Shown here one piece after another: positions 11,501 through 24,150 of a stretch of 64,000 bases of DNA. Source of the stretch: Azolla caroliniana (Eukaryota; Plantae; Polypodiophyta); assembly GCA_043228905.1 (NCBI GenBank), contig JBHGNT010000003.1, forward strand, positions 15,686,001 through 15,750,000, written 5' to 3'. Within the stretch, counting starts at the first letter, position 1; every line of letters begins with the position of its first letter. The position numbers and the translations under genes were made by a program. Under the pieces are notes generated by a model. It did no database searches, was not told where the DNA came from, and saw only the letters and a list, made by a program, of their open reading frames with translations.

Positions 11501-12381
11501 TGTTGGGGTAGTTGTGGTTCGTGCGGCGAAGTCACAGGGACTAGGTTAAAAGGACTTGGCTATATATTTTATAAGGCTTGTGCAACAATGTTAGAAAGAT
11601 TAATGATAGGAAGAACAAGAGTTAGAAGTAATTTCTATGAGAGAGAGGAGCATAGATAAAAGATAGAGAGAATCATGTATGATTTAAGAAGAAAGAGTAT
11701 AAGATATGAACATGATTTATATTAAGAAAACAAGTTTTTACCAACATTACGATGCTTTATAACAAGATGAACCCTTTCCCTACCGACTCTTGATTTGAAC
11801 CCTTGACTCGAACTTGAAAACACAAGCCTCTTCACCAACAAGCTAGCTTGTTTGTTTGATCATATTATTTCTCTAACTTTCTCTTCTTGATTGATTCCCC
11901 TTTTGTTTTCCTTTCCCCTCTTTTTATAAGTATTGCCATGCATATGGTAATGTGTAGGAGCATGGCATGCATGTAATGCATGAGTTACATGTGATGCATG
12001 ATCGCCATTTGGCGCACATGCATTGCATGTGATGCATGATAGCCATCATGCTCATTTGAGCTCCCATGTATGAAAATATATATGGGATAACTATAATGAT
12101 GAATATAACCCTAAAACAAATAACCTAGCTTAATGTTGTATGCTTTGTGCTTTATATACAAGGTTGAGGGTTCAAGTCCCTCAATTTTACTTAATACAAT
12201 ATTTAAGTTTATTCTTATATAGTGAAGTAGATTCTTGACAATATTTCTAAAAACAAATAACCTACCCTAGTGGTATATACATTGTGCTTGGTTTATAAGG
12301 TTGTGGGTTCAAGTGTTTGAAATATTACTGAATTCAATACTTAAATTTATTTTTATATCGTGAAGCAAATCCTTCACGACA
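11501..12381 (-). repeat. 3' LTR of G2 (881 bp)
   Basis: Near-identical to 17790-18658 apart from scattered substitutions and a ~13-bp indel; adjoins the PPT. Confidence 0.92.
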
Positions 12382-15300
12382 CCCACCCCCTCTGAACTTG
12401 CACATTGGTTGTGAAGAGTTCATCCAACGCTTCTTCCAATTCTTTTAGTTCTTCTACTTCTTCATAAAATTCGGGTCCTAGTGACTCCCTCCTTTTAAAT
12501 ATTTTAATCCTTTTTCCTGCAATTGGGATACGAATTTCTGTCCCATCTAATTCATTGAGGAAATATGTGGCCTTATCTGTTATTTTCCGAACTTCATAAG
12601 GTCCAAACAATCTTTTTGCGAACTTCCGAATAGTACTGTATTGATTATCTAGGCTACTATCATATACTAATACCCAATCTCCTTCTTGCACCTTTCTTGG
12701 TCGTATTCTTTTTATCTTCTCAAATCTGTCCATATTCTTTATTCTTGCCTCTTTCAATCTAGTAGCTGCTTTTTCTATGTCTTCTGTCCTTGATTGAAGT
12801 TGTCGTACCCGAATCGCAAGTAAATCTTCCCTACTCATTTCTGATTCCCAAGGCAACACAACCCATGTAGTTATCTTTAAATCTTCAATTGGCATTATCG
12901 GCTTCTGCCCTGTGATTAATTCTGCATGCATATATCCAGTAATAGTCCTATGAGTTGTCCTATCAGCCCATAGTGCATAGGGTAAGACTTTTGGCCAATC
13001 ATTGACCCGTCCTTTACATGCCTTTGCTAAAGCTTTGACTATTGGCCCATGTCCCCTTTCTATCTTTCCATTAGCTTCTGGATTGTATGCCATTGTCAAA
13101 GATAGCCGAATCCCTATTTTGTCGAAAAAATCTTGAGCTTCTGCAAAATTGAGCTCTCCCCTATCTGCTACTATCTTCCCGATACATCTATATCTACAAA
13201 CAATGTCCTCAAAGATGAATTTACATACTCCTAATGTCCCTTTTGTTCGTAGTGCATGTCCTTCCACTTGATTTGTTAGATCTCTTGCAAGAACCAAGTA
13301 TCTCTTTTGTCCTACTCCAAGTGGCATTGTTACCAAATCTATCATCCACTTGTAATGCACCCCCGGTGAGTATGTTGGGTGTAATTCATCACAAAATTTT
13401 ACACATACTTTTTTATTTGCTCATAGTATCGAGGCCACCAAAAAGGTTCTTTAATCTTACTGAAAGTGGCCCACGCTCCTCGATGACCAGCCCATTCTTT
13501 GTCATGCAGCTCTCTGATTATCTCCTTTCTTTGCCCTTCAGAACCTATTACTCTTTGCGAGTTTCCAGTCTTGGGTTTCAGATGTCGCCATAGATATTCT
13601 TCATGTAGGAAGAACTTATGGGCTTTCTTGCGAAACTATGCGAACTCTTTTCCAGATCGACCTTTGTACTTGTCAGGGGTTTGTAGGTATTTCCCTATTT
13701 CCTTGAATTCTTCTTCATACTCCTCTTCTAGAAACTGCATTCCTCCTTCCCAAGTAATGCTTGTGGTAAGGACTGTTTGTTCTTTGTCCTCATCGTCCGA
13801 GTCTGGAATCTCCTCTTCCTCATACCTTGCTCTTGATAACATATCTGCTACTGCATTTCTATTCCTAGAGATATGTCGAACTTCAGGGTTGACTGATCTA
13901 ATATAGATACACCATCTAAACATGGCTTGATCTGGAATATCACAATTAGCTATGATACCAAGAATAGGCAAACAATCTGTTTCCATTATTACTTCAGCAC
14001 CAATTAAGTAATCTCTATCTGTCTTAACTGTTGTTACTACCCCCCATAGCTCTCTTTTGACCTGTGCATATTTTCTTTGTCGATCACTAAGAACCTTCGC
14101 TCCGAATCAGACTGGATACCTTTCTTCCCCATCTTGTTGGCTTATCATCCATCCAATTCCAATGGGACTGGAGTCTACTATGAGATATATGGGCCGGGTG
14201 TAGTCAGGTTGCTTTAATGGTGGAACTTGTGCCAAGTAAGACTTCAATTTCCTCATTGCCTCTGAATGCTCTTCACTCCATTCAAATGTTTCTCCTTTTC
14301 TTAGGAGTTTGTATAAAGGTTCAGATAAATGGGCATAATGTGGAATCCATCTATATTAAAAAACACACACCCCCAGAAACCTTCATACTTCTAAGATGGA
14401 TGTACATTCCTCTTGCATGTTTTGAATTGCATTGACCTTGGTGGGGGATGGCTTTCTCCCATACGGGCCACACAGATGACCAACTATTAATATCTCTTTT
14501 GCCCCAAATATTTATTTCGGCCCTGATAAGGTCAAGTGCACTTCTTCCATCCTTGATAGTATCTTCTCACAATCCTTGATATGGTCGGCAATGAATTGTC
14601 GTCAACCATCTTCGTCCAATTCCTCATTCTTCTCTTCCTCCTTGCATCCCTTAATCGGAACATCATCTAAAAAAGGCATTGTAATATGAGGAATAAAATC
14701 ACGAAGTACCTTGTTCATTCCATTCATCATATGCGCCACTGAGTTGGTCACTCCTTGCGGTAGGGTACACATCCGTACTAACCCTATAGGTGTCTTCATA
14801 GAAGTAATATCTCGACTTTTGATAGCAAGTTGAAATGGATCATACCCGGAATAAAGGTCTCCCATTGAATATATAGCTCTTCCTACAAACATCTCAGCAA
14901 ACTCCTCCACAATTGGCCCTACTCCCGAGTTTCAGATTGTTACCTTATTCACGGGTTGCATATCTTGGATAAATCAGAGTTGTCCATCTTTCTTTAACAC
15001 AGTGAACCATCAACTCGAGTAAGGAGCATTCGATGGTTCCAAGATACCCACCCTTATCTTTTCTTTCAGAAGTTCTAATAGTTGAGGGATTCTAGCCCTA
15101 GGCATGGGTATTGGCTTAAAATTCCATGGAATATGAGGGATAGTAAATATAACCATGTGCTCCACTATTTTTGGATCCGCACACCCTATTTCCTCAGGTT
15201 GGAATGCGAATGCCTTTCCATGCCTTTTTAACATCTCCCTAAATTGCTTTTCTTCGGTTGGTAATAGGAAGTCACCCCCTCCTATTTTCATCCCTTGTAT

Positions 15301-17772
15301 TGTTTCTGGAGTAAACACATGTCCCACCTTTCATGGGTCTTTGATCATTGGCTCTATGGCTACTTCTTTAATTGCTCTTTCACTATCCCCTAGAAGTGGA
15401 GCAGCAATAGGACACACCTTCTCTATTGTCTTGTACTTTGTTAGGACATATGCTTCATGATCCTTTCGAGCAACTTCTTCAATGACCTCGTACATCTTGA
15501 TTGAATGAACAAGAACTTGGTTTTCGTTGTCATCCTCCATTGCTTCCAAATGAGTTATTGTATCTTCAAAACTTAATTCTTCAAACATATCTTGAATTTC
15601 TTCATTATCATCTATTAATCCAGAAGACTTAAAGTATAAAAGTAGCACCATTAGATGAGATTGTACAAGGAATATTTTTATTTACATTATTATTCATGGG
15701 GTTTTCTTTCATGTCCGGGCTATCACAACCCCTACCTGTAAAAGCCTTATTTAAAAATCCTGGGAAAATTCTTCATCCACCTCCCGAACTGGATGTTCCC
15801 TCAAGCATTCTTTATTTCTTTCGTGGTTGGGCCTCAGGGTTAAGAATTGGACTGTCTTTCTTCCATCTTGACTCTGGATTCTCGCGAAAGTCGAACCATC
15901 ATCAATCACCTTTGTTTCCATCCTGACTGCAGTGATGTAAGGTTGACCAAGGATGACAGGGTAAGTTGATTGATCTTGCACAAAGAAATTTTGATTCATC
16001 GACACATCACCAATTGTTACCTTCACATTGGGGCATGCTCCAAATAGATCCTCCGTAGTCTCTGTGGTAGCTCTTATCTTCCACCCATGATTCTTGTCGA
16101 TCAGCCACCGTCCTTGAGCGTAAAATTCCGATGACACCATGTTAATCTCAGATCCATGATCGATCAAATCAATACATGGAATTTGTTGCTCCCCAATTTT
16201 TGCAGGCGCCTCCGTTGTTGCGTGAGCCCAATGGTTCTTTGTATAATGACTCCTATACCCTTCATGAATTCCAACATTATTTATCTTCTTTACACCTACA
16301 ACATTGATGGATTCATGATCCAAATCTTGGAGACTTGTTGCTGCACACTCTCTCGTAACTTCTTCCATGACATGTTTTATATCCGTCGTGGCTTTTGTGT
16401 CCGAAGCAAGCTTAAAAGTTGGGTCTGTCTTCCCTTTGACTTTATCAGCTTCTTTTGACTCAGGAGCATCCTTTTCCATCTCTCTTCTCTAAAGTTGTTC
16501 TTGTGTCTCATGTTTCTTTGCCGAATCAGCCTCCTCAGCTCTCTTTCGCTTCTCTTTCACTAGTGCATCTTGTACATTCACTTGGGCAAATGCTGATAGT
16601 GTGTCTACTGGATCATTCCATCTAGTGAAGTTCAGTATTTCATCACCCGCGCTTTTTAATTCATTCACTTGAACCTTCCCTTTTCTTGCATACTCCATCA
16701 ACCTTGCCAAAAGCCAAATCTACCATATGAGTCTTCTACGTGCAACCCTAACGTTGTCACAAATTGTATTGTTTGAGTTGTTTCTTTCTCGGCATCTTCC
16801 ATTAGCTTTTTCATTCCACCTCACCCAAAGTTGAGTTGAAGTGGTTGTCAAGTCTCTGTTGACTGAATCTTACCATCTTGATAATAAATTTTATCATGAT
16901 TAAGAGCATCCCTATTTTCTTGACAGTGTTTCTTATGATGGTTGATATTGTCACACCACATACACCTTCGGATCATTCCACCTCCTTGCCTTGACGAAGT
17001 TGAGCTTTGTCCCCATTCTAGCTTCATCACTTTGATCGACAAGTCTTTCATGCCTTTCACCAACTCATGCAAGAGTGAATCTTCTATTTTCTTCTCTCCC
17101 AAGTTGTTTCTCATTTCGTCTCCCTTCCTCTCAGGCAACTCCATAAACCATAACTTTCTTTTACAGAAATGGTTGCACACCCTTTTCACCTCCTCCCAGT
17201 CTTCGATAAGTCCACTTGGACTATTATGATCTTCCAGAAGCATTCCCAAGTCCTTCTTGTCTTTAATATTAGTGGCTTGTAGAAACAATATTATTTTATC
17301 TGGCATTATTATATTTCTATCCCTAACATTTAATCGCTCAAATCTTTCTGAAAATTCTTTTAATATTTCCCAAACACTTAAATGTTTATTAAACTCTACC
17401 CAATCCATGAAAGCTCGCCTTGTCATCCTTGACATATCATTGAGGTTGTATTCATTCAATAATGCTCTTTCGAAAGTCGCCCATGTGTGATGCTCTCTTC
17501 GTAGCTCCTGGATCCTTTCCTGTAGCCCAATCACAATGACTCGACTAAAGCTATTAATTTTTGCCACTTCGTCGACACCTCATTTAAGCATTTCCTCTTT
17601 GTAAATCTTCAGAAATCTTGTAAAATTCATACCGTTGAAGATCCCTCCTCGTGCGAGAATATTGTCGACACTTTTGTCGATGCTTGCCATCATCCCTTGC
17701 TCCCGCATCATTCTTTCCATCATCGTACATATAAGCCTTATTTACTCCATTTTTCCTTGTCACTACCTTCAC
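12374..17772 (-). pseudogene. G2 gag-pol pseudogene
   Basis: Collinear fragments: gag 16848-17772, protease 15751-16479, RT 14602-15327, RNase H ~13636-14200, integrase 12374-13360. Confidence 0.9.
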
Positions 17773-17789
17773 CTCAAGTTCACAAAATG

Positions 17790-18658
17790 TGTCGGGGTAG
17801 TTGTGGTTCGTGCGGCGAAGTCGCAGGGACTAAGGTTAAAAGGAATTGGCTATATATTTTATAAGGCTTGTGCAACAATGTTAGAAAGATTAATGATAGG
17901 AAGAACAAGAGTTAGAAGTAATTTCTATGAGAGAGAGGAGCATAGATAAAAGATAGAGAGAATCATGTATGATTTAAGAAGAAAGAGTATAAGATATGAA
18001 CATGATTTATATTAAGAAAACAAGTTTTTACCAACATTACGATGCTTTATAACAAGATGAACCCTTTCTCTACCGACTCTTGATTTGAACCCTTGACTCG
18101 AACTTGAAAACACAAGCCTCTTCACCAACAAGCTAACTTGTTTGTTTGATTATATCATTTCTCTAACTTTCTCTTCTTGATTGATTCTCCTTTTGTTTTC
18201 CTTTCCCCTCTTTTTATAAGTATTGCCATGCATATGGTAATGTGTAGGAGCATGGCATGCATGTAATGCATGAGTTACATGTGATGCATGATCGCCATTT
18301 GGCGCACATGCATTGCATGTGATGCGTGATAGCCATCATGCTCATTTGAGCTCCCATGTATGAAAATATATATGGGATAATTATAATGATGGATATAACC
18401 CTAAAACAAATAACCTAGCTTAGTGGTGTATGCTTTGTGCTTGAAATATAAGGTTGAGGGTTCAAGTCCCTCAATTTTACTTGATACAATATTTAAGTTT
18501 ATTCTTATATAGTGAAGAACATTCTAAAAACAAATAGCCTACCCTAGTGGTATATACATTGTGCTTGGTTTATAAAGTTGTGGGTTCAAGTGTTTGAATT
18601 ATTACTGAATTCAATATTTAAATTTATTTTTATATCGTCAAGAAAATCCTTAATGACA
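17790..18658 (-). repeat. 5' LTR of G2 (869 bp)
   Basis: Direct repeat of 11501-12381; TGTCA...CGACA termini on the minus strand; lies upstream of gag. Confidence 0.92.
18416..18478 (+). promoter_or_regulatory. tRNA-like Pol III type-2 promoter module in G2 LTR U3 (other copy 12126-12188)
   Basis: A box TAGCTTAGTGG, B box GGTTCAAGTCC within a GAGGG/CCCTC T-stem, 45 nt between the T8 and T54 equivalents, TTTT downstream. No acceptor stem. Confidence 0.6.
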
Positions 18659-19433
18659 ACGTCACGCCCAAGTACAAACTTGGAGAAAGGCAAAGGTAAG
18701 ATGCACGAATACGAAGTCGACCACTCCGACGACAAAGAATCGGATGGATCAGCTCCCTCACTAGATAGTGAGTTCGGTGTACACATCATGCGGACACCCG
18801 GAGTAAAGAAGGTGCTGACATCAGCGAGCGAAAAACTTTAACGCTCATCTAGAGCTAAGAACCACATCACTCGGCACGGCTACAATGAGTACATGGCCTA
18901 TCATTACACCTTCACGATGAAGGTAGCGGTCGAACAAGAGCCCAAGAGCTCCACCGAAGTGGCTCGTAACCCACGATGGGTGGAAGTAGTCGACCTTCAC
19001 CCACACACTACAAGCCTTCGTCACCGGCTTGAGGGGAGGAACCGAGATTGCCATGGCGAAGAAAGCCGAAGGCCGGACGGAAGCACACGAAGCCGACAAA
19101 AGCCAAAGCGGATGTCAGACGCCTCACACTTGAGCTTGAGGGGGCATGTTGAGAGATCAAGCTCAACTTAGTTTAGTTAGTTAGTCAACCATGTAACTTC
19201 GTAGTTACCTAGATAGAATCTAGTTAGAAGTGTTGACTATAACGACTTAAATAGGACCTTGTACTTAAGTTGGATATTCTAGATCCTGCACTCCCAAGGT
19301 CATTTAATATAGAACTTACACGGTTGTACCTATATTCTCCTCACACATGTGCACCCTTGCACATGAGATCTATATATACCTCATTGATAGTATTTTGTAT
19401 TTGATGATGATAATGCTAATTTAACTTACTTAC

Positions 19434-20015
19434 TGTTAAGCCCTTGGATAACACCATGACCAGTTGTGAAGAATAGCGCATCAACAAGGACACAGTATGG
19501 TTAAAGGACCTACGAAGAGGGAATGACAAGAGGAAAGAGGGCTAAAGGACATCGGAGTGTGAAAGGCCCATACCCTAAACATGAAAGCTATATAAACCAC
19601 ATATTAGTGGCTTTGTGGGGATTCTCCCATTTGTAAAGATCTCCTCTTGATTAGAGCTGGAGCTTCCTTTCCTCCTTCTTGTAACCTTTGAGCTTAAGAG
19701 AGATTAGTGAAGTGTTGAGTTAGAGAACACTAATCTCTCTCCTTGTTGGTGCTAGACCTCTTAGCAAAGAGGGTTAATAATAGACATACTCTTGCTTCTT
19801 ATTGTCTATATCTATTACTCTATTGTCTATGAGAGAGAGCTTGAGAGAGTGAGAGAGATATCATGCTTAATCATCTACTAATCGTTGAGTGAGTGTGAGG
19901 CTCGGAGGTATCCGACAACCATCTCCCCCCGATTCACCATCAAGAGGGTATACGCCGGTCCGAATCCCGCCACGATATCGAGGAGCTTACTCCATCGATA
20001 CATAGATCCTTAACA
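19434..20015 (+). mobile_element. Solo LTR (582 bp) inserted in the copia 3' LTR
   Basis: TGTTAAG...CTTAACA termini; perfect TSD CTTAC at 19429-19433 and 20016-20020; TATA ctatataaa ~19588. Confidence 0.88.
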
Positions 20016-21805
20016 CTTACTCATCCCCCATGTTGTGTTGTTCATAAGTGTACCTCTATCTCTCTCTTCCTCTCACACACATACACACACATATAAGTTA
20101 ATCTTCTGCTTATTAACTTAATCACATAATTAGGTATTAATTAGCCATACTTATTTAATCACCTAATTCTTAACACTTTTGTTGATTTTTCTTCTCCTTC
20201 AACTAATTGTTGTCTCTTTGTTTTTATAAGATGTAATATTGATGTAACAAAAATATATTGATTGATAGTGAACTACCATGATTGTAGTCACATTAGTAAA
20301 GTTTGAAGGTTCATATAATAAATATATATATTATGGAGTAACTACCCCAATTGTCACACATGTTGTTACAATAGATGTCAACATTTCAATCCATTTCACA
20401 TGTATATATAGTGTAGAATGAACTACCTTAGTTGTAGTCACATATGTTATAGTAGAGGTTAGAGATTCAAATCTTGTACATACACACATTGTGGAATAGT
20501 ATTTGTTAGTCGAAAATTCATGTTTTTATGCCCTGCACCTGATGTACACACACACATATTGTGGAGTAGTATTTGTTAGGCGTGAATTCATGTTTTTATA
20601 CCATGCACCCGATTAACAAATACGTACTACTTAAACATATTGAACTAGTGACAAGTATTACGAGAAATATTGCCATCATATGGAGAATAAAGATTATAGC
20701 TAGCTATCATTTGGAAAATTAGAGAGACCAATGTTGCTTTAAGTGACCATCCCTTGGGTTTTAAAGAACTACAAGAAATGTCGATATCATAAAGAGAATA
20801 ATGATTATAGCTAGCATTTGGAGATTTAGAGCAACCATTGTTGCTTAGTGACCATCCCTTGCCTTATAATCCTTAGAGGGGTTCTGAGATTTCTTTCACA
20901 TAAAACCAAACACAAAAAATTGATGGAACAAACATGAAAAAACAATGAAAACATGTATCCCAATTAGATTCACCGAAAGAGAAGTGAGAAAATGAGCTTC
21001 TTAGTTATCATTTACAAATCCATATTGTTGAGGGAAAATGGGCTATACCCTGTTAGTAATGAATCTCAAATTTGTTTTAAGCTTCATCACCTTTAGAGTC
21101 TCATCTAGTATACACTCATCACATGTTAGTAAAATAATGTTACAAGCAGCTTCCTACATGTTGTGTGTAGTCCATGTGATCACCATGTTTTTGTGAGTTA
21201 TACAGACCAAGATATTCATGAATGTGCAAGTGGAGCAACCTTGCACAACGGACTTGGTGCTTTCATCATGTATAAAGTTGTTTGCTGGTAGGAAGTGATT
21301 AGCCGAGGATACTCATGCTCCCTCATGTTGGATTCCCATTCTCGAGTACTATATGAGGTTGAAAAAGAGGTGCCTTATCGAAAACCACACAGTGATAAGA
21401 ATGTGGAGTCCATGTTTTGGTCACATATACATTTCTCGTGCTTGCACAAACATACTCGTGCTTTCATTATTCATGAAGTCATTTGATACCTAATGATTTA
21501 GCATGTGGGTGGTAACTATGACTTGTCCACGGGTAGCCCTCCTTCATGTTGATTCCAATCCTCGGGTAGCATATATGAAGTCAAAAGAAGAACTTCCCAT
21601 CTGAAAACCATAGTTCAATAAAGTTGTGACCGCCAAAGAGGATTGGGTTTGAACATAGATAGACCAAATTCCATGTAGGAAGAAGAGGAGTCTCAAGGCA
21701 CACACTTTTGGAACTATAGGAAAAAAGGAGGCATCTACATAGTTGTATGTTTGATTTGTTTATTGATTTCTCAATCCCATAGGATAAGATGCTCCAAACA
21801 TACGA

Positions 21806-23139
21806 ATGACCACATTAATATCATCTTTTCTGTCCCCTCACTGTGCATCTGTTGGCCAATTTCAAGATCAGAGTGAGATTGTATGGAAGTTGTGTGTGTC
21901 AAAACAGCACCACCCATGGAGAAGAAATTGGAGGAATTCTCCATTGATATGCAGGAGCTTTTTCAGTGGGCTTTTCGGGAAGAAGAAGGAGGCAGAGGAA
22001 TCGACTAGATCACTCGAGGATGATGACAATCACTCTTACCATCACCATGTCTCTCTTCCTTTCCCCGTTTCTATTCTTCAGGAAACCTTCCTATCTGGTA
22101 TGCATCCATTGATTCTCTATACTATAAGAAATGTTGTCTTAATTTGACATACTTAATGAACAGATCACAAATTTAGAGGGTTTCTGTAAGTCCTTTTCGT
22201 CGTTACTATTAGTACATGGCATTCAAGGTACTCTGTTTTTCAGATCATGTGCTTCGGCTAGTTGAAGTAAGCACTCATATATGTGTGTGTGTGTGTGTGT
22301 GTGTGTACACATATACATATGTATGTATATATATATGACACATACATACATACATGTGTCATGCACATACTACATATGCTATATATGTAGTGTTAACTGA
22401 AAGAATGTATAACATAGAATCTAGATAATGTTTATTCGTATATATCTTTCCATATAGCACAAACACATCCATCCATACATGCAGGTAATTGCATATCAAC
22501 ATACATACTTGCATTCATGTACACAGAATTATGCATACATACTTAAAAAATATAATTTCTTTGGATGGAAGTATAGGTAGGGAGCTAAAATGTTGCTATA
22601 AGGCCTCCATTGATGGCTTTAGTGCTTTGTCTTTCCACAAAAAGTGCGATTTCAAGGGACCATGTGTGGTAGTTGCCGAGACTGAGAAGGGCCTCCGCTT
22701 TGGGGCGTTCAATCCTGAGGGCTACCGAAGCACCGATGACTATTATGACACATTCGAAGCTTTCCTATTCTATTGGCCGAACAATATATTATCTCAAGTA
22801 GATGGTGGAGAGGAGATCAAGGAATATAATTCTATTGATCCCATTGTGCTAAAGAAAGTAGGTGGTAGTGGGGCCGCATTGTTTGATTATGCTAGAGGTG
22901 GACCACAATTTGGTCCTGATGGACTACTTATAGGTCCACCTCTAGCACCTGTGATGGGTGGCTTTTCGGGTCCAGACACAAACTCTGGCGTGGGCACACT
23001 CACTGAAGGGAAGTCGCGGCTCGGGCTTTCATATGCAAAACGGCCTGATGGCAAGGATTCTGTATTTGGAGATGATCGATGTGCTAGGATCCGAGAGGTG
23101 GAAGTGTTTTGTTCCCCGGAAATCGCAAAATTGTATTGA
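21806..23139 (+). CDS. TLDc-domain (oxidation-resistance family) protein, probably plastid-targeted; exons 21806-22097 and 22577-23139, ~284 aa
   Basis: GT-AG phase-1 intron 22098-22576 joins ETFLS-G-RELKCCYKASIDGFSA. TLDc motifs FHKKCDFKGPCVVV, RFGAFNPEGY, GGPQFG, EVEVF. From recall it resembles the Arabidopsis At1g32520 type. Confidence 0.88.
22282..22306. repeat. (TG)n microsatellite in the TLDc intron
   Basis: Direct reading; followed by TA/CATA low-complexity sequence. Confidence 0.95.
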
Positions 23140-24150
23140 CAGCATGGTCTCTTAAATCGTCGTGAAAATATTAATAAATTCGGCGTGATAGTAATGCCAT
23201 CTAGAATATTGACATTTATCTTTTGCCAACAATAATATCTAATTCAATTGTTTGCAGCATGATATATGAGGATATTTGTTACCTTATGTTTCTATAAATA
23301 AGTGTAACATAAATTAGTGATTAATGTTTTCCCATGTTTAACTTTATTTTTGCACATCTATATGCCAAGGGGAAGAACATTCATTTTCCAAGTTATTTTA
23401 TCTCAAAGATTGACTACCACATTCATGTTTCTCTCTAGGCTCATTGATTCACAGTATTTTGAGAAAAATACACTCAAGTTAAAAAATTTAATGTGCTAAC
23501 GTTTTAAAGGAAATTGACATTGGAACCTCTACCAAAATAGGGGTAACTTAAAATTATAAATGTGTCAAGAATCAAGTTAAAATTATTGATGTGCTTCACA
23601 TTAAGAGTTGAGCTAAAATGATGGATGCGCAACATTTGAAATAAATTTGGTCTTTCCATAGGTATAAATAGACCAAAGTTTTTGACACTTACCTTGAAAT
23701 CTAAACCAACATCAGGGAGAAATTATCAAAATCATTAGTCAAGTTGAGGGCATGTGCGTATGCCCATACACTATTCTTCATGCTTAGTTTAAGAATGTTG
23801 AGGGCTTGCAAAATCAAAGGTAGACAAAATGACCTAAAGAGGAATTGAGAAAAGAGAACTGTAAACAAAAGACAAAGCATATGGATAAAGAGGGCTACTC
23901 GACAAAGACAAACATTTACTTGAATTGGGCTCACATATAGGATTATGTTTATGCTCGAAAGGAAGATCAATAGGTTATCCACATCACATAGGTGTGCGAG
24001 TGTGTAGACAAATGAAAAAGAGAGATTAAGAGGATAACATGGCTAAGCAAAAGAGGTTAGGGGCTTAGGCATAACCTAGGGGGTATAGGGACGAGGCTAA
24101 GAGGTGAGAGGTATGGATTAATACAAACAAAACACATTTGTGCTCACAAG

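Larger units (their letters stand above)
11501..18658 (-). mobile_element. Full-length but frameshifted Ty3/gypsy element G2 (gag-PR-RT-RH-INT), 4-bp TSD ACAT/ACGT
   Basis: Paired LTRs, PPT GAGGGGGTGGG (12382-12392, minus strand), protease LIDHGSEIN, RT LPQGVTNSV...PFLDDVPIKG, integrase WMIDLV...ADRGE...NGKIERGH. Confidence 0.92.
10912..20175 (+). mobile_element. Decayed Ty1/copia remnant (integrase 10912-11500, linker 18659-~18980, RT/RH deleted, PPT, 3' LTR 19147-20175); split by gypsy G2 and a solo LTR
   Basis: 'EGIRREFSCRHTPQQNGVAE', 'MPNFYWVEVASMAVYLMNR', 'YMAYHY' are homologous to copia F. PPT gagggggca is followed by TGTTGAGA...TCTTAACA. Confidence 0.8.

Noticed and set aside
18409-18480. 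Bona fide tRNA gene
   Set aside because: No acceptor-stem pairing and a weak D-stem; kept only as a tRNA-like promoter module.
22489-22576. N-terminus of the 216-aa ORF (MHINIHTCIH...)
   Set aside because: Intron read-through; the real exon starts at 22577 after the AG.
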